Both the position numbers and the translations under genes were made by a program. 64,000 nt of DNA, taken from positions 242,491 through 306,490 of the forward strand of contig CAVPZG010000004.1 of the NCBI GenBank assembly GCA_963710205.1, written 5' to 3'. The DNA is from an uncultured Alphaproteobacteria bacterium (lineage in GTDB: Bacteria > Pseudomonadota > Alphaproteobacteria > Sphingomonadales > Sphingomonadaceae). The notes below the pieces were generated by a model that had not been told where the DNA came from, searched no databases, and saw only the letters and a list, made by a program, of their open reading frames with translations. Below, one piece after another: positions 60,744-64,000 of the stretch; position 1 is the stretch's first letter; every line of letters starts with the position of its first letter.

Positions 60744-62528
60744 TCAGTCGGCCCAGGCCGCATCGTCCAGATGGATCTCAGCCCGGGGGGTGGCATGCCA
60801 GTCATCGCGCTTGATACGGCCCGCCACGAAGAGGCGGCGGCCCTTCGCGCCCAGGATGGCCGCACCGAGCGGCGTGTCCTCGGCGCGGAAGGCGATGCCC
60901 TTCACACGCTTGCCGTCCGCCCCCGCAAGGACGGCGCGCACATGGCCCGTGCCAACGACGCCGCAATCAACGACGCTGACCGGTCCCGCCGCGATGCGCG
61001 GTGCCGGCCAGCCCATTCCATAAGGGGCGGCGCTGTCAAGCGTTTCGGCGAGTTCGGGAGTAACGCCGCCGGGGGCGAGCGCGATGTCGAGGTCGAGTGC
61101 CTGCTTTGCCTGCGCTTCGGTAACGGCCTCTCCCAACCGCTCGCAGAGAAATTCGGACAGCCGCGGTATGTCGGCTTCCGCGACCGTCAGCCCCGCCGCC
61201 ATGGCGTGGCCGCCGCCTGCGGAAATCAGGCCGCGTTCCTTGGCCGCGAGAATGGCACTGCCCAGATCGACGCCGCTGATCGACCGCCCCGAGCCCTTTC
61301 CGATACCATGTTCGTCCGTGCCGATGACGATGGCGGGCGTGCCGAGCCTGTCCTTGAGGCGGCTGGCCGCAATTCCGATCACGCCGGGATGCCAGCCTGC
61401 GCCCGACACGACCGCGATGGGCATATTGGCCGCACGTTCGGCGGCGGCCAGTGCTTCCTCGGTGACCTGCGCCTCGATCGCGCGGCGCTCGTGGTTCAGG
61501 CGATTTAGCTCCTCGGCGATGCCGGGACAGGCGTCGTCGTCCATGCCGGACAGCAGACGCACGCCGAGGTCAGCCTGACCGACACGTCCGCCCGCGTTGA
61601 TGCGCGGGCCGAGCGCAAAGCCGAGGTCGCTGGCGATGGGAGCGCGTTCCAGCCCGGCAGCGGCTGCAAGCGCACTGAGACCGGCATTGCCGCGCTGTCC
61701 CATGATCTTCAGCCCCTGACTGACAAAGGCGCGGTTGAGACCGGTCAGCGGCACCACGTCGGCGACCGTCCCAAGGGCGACGATGTCGAGAAGGCTGATG
61801 ATATTCGGTTCCCGGGCGCTGCCGAAATGCCCGCGCGTCCTGAGCTCGCGTTGCAGCGCGACGGCCAGCAGGAATGCCATGCCGACAGCGGCAAGATGGC
61901 CGTAGGTCGCCGCCTCCTCGTTTTCGTCGAGGCGATTGGGATTCACGATGGCGATGGCGGGGGGCAATGAGGTGGAGGCCTTGTGGTGATCGACGATGAT
62001 GACGTCGAGACCAGCGGCCTGCGCCGCTTCCAGCGCCTCAAATCCCTGAGTGCCGCAATCGACACAGATGACGAGATCCGTCCCCTGTTCCTTCAGCTTC
62101 ACAAGTGCATCCGCACCGGGGCCGTAACCTTCGAGGAGGCGGTCGGGGATATAATGGCCGGGTTTCGCACCGCAGGCGCTGAGGTGGCGTATCAGAACCG
62201 CGGCGCTGGTCGCGCCGTCGACGTCATAATCGCCGAAAATGACGATGCGCTCGCCATTCTGCACGGCATCGGCGGTGCGTGCGGCGGCCCTGTCCATGTC
62301 GACGAAAATGCTGGGATCGGGCAACATCTCGCGGATGGTCGGCGCGCGCAGGCGCTCGATTTCATCTGGATGTGCGCCGCGCGACAGGAACAGGCGCCGG
62401 ACGAGCTCATCCTCGCCCAGCATCTGCGCATCCGTAAGTTCACCGGACGTGCCGCCGCGCCAGCGCCAGGCCTTGCCCATGATACTGCTGGTGACACCGA
62501 AGACATGTGCGGAAAGGGGGGCGGACAT
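60744..62528 (-). CDS. recJ: single-stranded-DNA-specific exonuclease RecJ
   Basis: IVIFGDYDVDGATSAA, VIIVDHH and GGHAMAAG are the DHH/DHHA1 motifs. 594 aa. Confidence 0.95.
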   Translation of the reverse strand: MSAPLSAHVFGVTSSIMGKAWRWRGGTSGELTDAQMLGEDELVRRLFLSRGAHPDEIERLRAPTIREMLPDPSIFVDMDRAAARTADAVQNGERIVIFGDYDVDGATSAAVLIRHLSACGAKPGHYIPDRLLEGYGPGADALVKLKEQGTDLVICVDCGTQGFEALEAAQAAGLDVIIVDHHKASTSLPPAIAIVNPNRLDENEEAATYGHLAAVGMAFLLAVALQRELRTRGHFGSAREPNIISLLDIVALGTVADVVPLTGLNRAFVSQGLKIMGQRGNAGLSALAAAAGLERAPIASDLGFALGPRINAGGRVGQADLGVRLLSGMDDDACPGIAEELNRLNHERRAIEAQVTEEALAAAERAANMPIAVVSGAGWHPGVIGIAASRLKDRLGTPAIVIGTDEHGIGKGSGRSISGVDLGSAILAAKERGLISAGGGHAMAAGLTVAEADIPRLSEFLCERLGEAVTEAQAKQALDLDIALAPGGVTPELAETLDSAAPYGMGWPAPRIAAGPVSVVDCGVVGTGHVRAVLAGADGKRVKGIAFRAEDTPLGAAILGAKGRRLFVAGRIKRDDWHATPRAEIHLDDAAWAD

Positions 62529-62693
62529 ATCCTGTCTTTAGGGGTGGTGCACTGTTTTGGGAATCCTGACAGGCAAATAAACCCGGTCGCTCCGACCTTC
62601 GCGCCTGAATGGCACGCCAATCCCGGAAGGACCGAAATTTTCGCAGCCCCCCGGACTCGGGACCACGTTCGCAGTGACAATATGCGTCGTGAG

Positions 62694-63677
62694 CTAGCCC
62701 GCGCTTTTGGGTTCGCGCCGGTGCTGGCTCTTCACATAGCGGACCGTGCCGGATGATGCGCGCATGACGACCGTTTCCGTCGTCAGGCCGCCTCCGCGCA
62801 GGCGCTTGACGCCTTGCAGCAACGAGCCGTCGGTGACGCCCGCTGCCGTGAAGATGACATCGCCCTTCGCCATATCCTCCAGCGTGTAAATGCGGTCCAG
62901 GTCTTCGATACCCCATTTCGCGGCGCGGCGTTTTTCATCCTCGTTGCGAAAGACGAGGCGGCCCTGCATCTGGCCGCCGACACAGCGCAGCGCTGCGGCG
63001 GCAAGAACGCCTTCCGGCGCGCCGCCCTGGCCCATATAGATGTCGATGGTGGTATCGGGATCGGTCGTGGCGATGACGCCGGCCACATCGCCGTCGGGGA
63101 TAAGCTGAATGCCGCAGCCAATTTCGCGCAGCTCGGCGATGATCTTCTCATGGCGCGGGCGATCGAGGACGCAGGCGATGATATCGCCGGGCGCGACGCC
63201 CTTTTCCTTTGCCAGTGCCTCGATATTCTCCTTCACGCTTCTGTCGAGCGAGACGAGGCCTTCCGAATAACCGGGCCCAATGGCGATCTTGTCCATATAG
63301 GTGTCAGGGGCGTTGAGGAGATTGCCTTCCTCGGCGATGGCAAGAACGGCGAGCGCATTGGGGCCGGCCTTCGCCGTGATCGTCGTGCCCTCCAGCGGGT
63401 CGAGCGCGATGTCGACCTTTCCGGCCTTTTTCTTTGCCTTGCCGACCTTCTCGCCAATGTACAGCATCGGCGCTTCGTCGCGCTCGCCCTCGCCAATGAC
63501 AATCGTTCCTTCAAAGGGCAGATCGTTGAGCGCGGCGCGCATGGCCTTCACCGCGGCGGCGTCTGCGGCCTTCTCATCGCCCCTGCCGATCAGTTTGGAC
63601 GCGGCGATGGCGGCGGATTCGACGACGCGCACCATTTCAAGAACGAGGAGACGGTCGAGCGGGTCTTTTTTGGCCAT
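62694..63677 (-). CDS. glpX: class II fructose-1,6-bisphosphatase
   Basis: LEMVRVVESAAIAASKLIGRGDEKAADAAAV...DIALDPLEGTT...GGAPEGVLAAAALRC. 327 aa. Confidence 0.95.
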   Translation of the reverse strand: MAKKDPLDRLLVLEMVRVVESAAIAASKLIGRGDEKAADAAAVKAMRAALNDLPFEGTIVIGEGERDEAPMLYIGEKVGKAKKKAGKVDIALDPLEGTTITAKAGPNALAVLAIAEEGNLLNAPDTYMDKIAIGPGYSEGLVSLDRSVKENIEALAKEKGVAPGDIIACVLDRPRHEKIIAELREIGCGIQLIPDGDVAGVIATTDPDTTIDIYMGQGGAPEGVLAAAALRCVGGQMQGRLVFRNEDEKRRAAKWGIEDLDRIYTLEDMAKGDVIFTAAGVTDGSLLQGVKRLRGGGLTTETVVMRASSGTVRYVKSQHRREPKSAG

Positions 63678-63764
63678 GGGTTCGGAGTCCGGAAGGTTGT
63701 TTCGTGTGCACGCGCGATAGCCCTGGCTAGTAGACAGGGCAACTGCCTGAGCGGAGATTGAAGG

Positions 63765-64000
63765 TTAACGCGCGGCCTTTTTGAGAGCGACCCTGACGAC
63801 ATCCTCAACGGTGGCATCCGTTCCGAGTTCTTCGATTGCCTGTCCGACGACCTTGCTGGCCTGTGCGGGTTTGAATCCAAGATTGCCAAGCGCGGATTGC
63901 GCGTCGGCAGCGATACTGCCCCCGGGAGCGGTGGCGGGGGTCGCCGCGCCGCCCAGCGCGGGCCCGGATTTGTCGGCCAGTTCCGTGACGATGCGCTGGG
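63765..64000 (-). CDS. ruvA: Holliday junction DNA helicase RuvA, C-terminal fragment (5' part outside the window)
   Basis: My own reverse-strand translation, which is not in the ORF track: ...QRIVTELADKSGPALGG...DAQSALGNLGFKPAQASKVVGQAIEELGTDATVEDVVRVALKKAAR, stop TAA at 63765-63767. This is the RuvA domain II end plus the domain III pattern. Confidence 0.7.
   Translation of the reverse strand, partial: QRIVTELADKSGPALGGAATPATAPGGSIAADAQSALGNLGFKPAQASKVVGQAIEELGTDATVEDVVRVALKKAAR

Overview
High-GC alphaproteobacterial chromosome segment (GC judged by eye, not computed). Gene content fits Sphingomonadales best, which is an inference. No CRISPR array, IS element, integrase or rRNA was seen.

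Layout:
(1) 1-9621: the 3' half of an RcGTA-type gene transfer agent (GTA) structural cluster. Order is g7 fragment, small ORF, DUF3168 g8, major tail g9, g10, g10.1, tape measure g11, DUF2460 g12, DUF2163 hub g13, NlpC/P60 g14, megatron-like g15, DUF2793. It has three architectural oddities. An antisense DoxX-like membrane gene sits between g10 and g10.1. A ~570-aa module I cannot assign is fused in frame ahead of g12, while g15 is only 733 aa. A ~300-bp AT-richer, hairpin-rich non-coding insert lies between g14 and g15.
(2) 9.7-30.5 kb: mixed housekeeping and accessory genes. These are an OmpA-family protein, SCP2, a degenerate EAL protein, lipB, an orphan FliN/SpoA protein, a membrane-embedded alpha/beta hydrolase, a PEP-CTERM protein, a frameshifted epoxide hydrolase, a GMC oxidoreductase, two paralogous MFS transporters, LMW-PTP, a hydrolase-flavin reductase fusion, a carotenoid oxygenase, TetR, YihY, a CaCA antiporter, a PagL-like hydrolase and an amidohydrolase.
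(3) 30.9-39.7 kb: rpoB-rpoC with its own promoter-like leader. As written, rpoB is broken by two 1-nt insertions 25 nt apart.
(4) 39.9-64 kb: a DUF2141-SMR-membrane-wHTH operon, DUF2945, a translationally coupled GT4 plus sulfotransferase pair, a 389-bp structured convergent spacer (candidate sRNA), an acyltransferase-3, sspB, fumC, gmk, an HtrA protease, frameshifted pccA, aspartate racemase, a DUF5694-like gene, aroQ-accB-accC, a thiS-thiG fusion, csbD with an EcfG-type promoter, cls, an AT-richer O-antigen-ligase gene beside tRNA-Glu, recJ, glpX and the 3' end of ruvA.

Most notable:
- The rearranged GTA tail/baseplate module.
- The tandem-hairpin non-coding locus at 43.9-44.3 kb.
- Four single-base insertions that break three otherwise intact genes, including essential rpoB. 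This argues for sequence errors rather than biology.

All family calls come from reading the translated ORFs and motifs from memory. No database search was possible.
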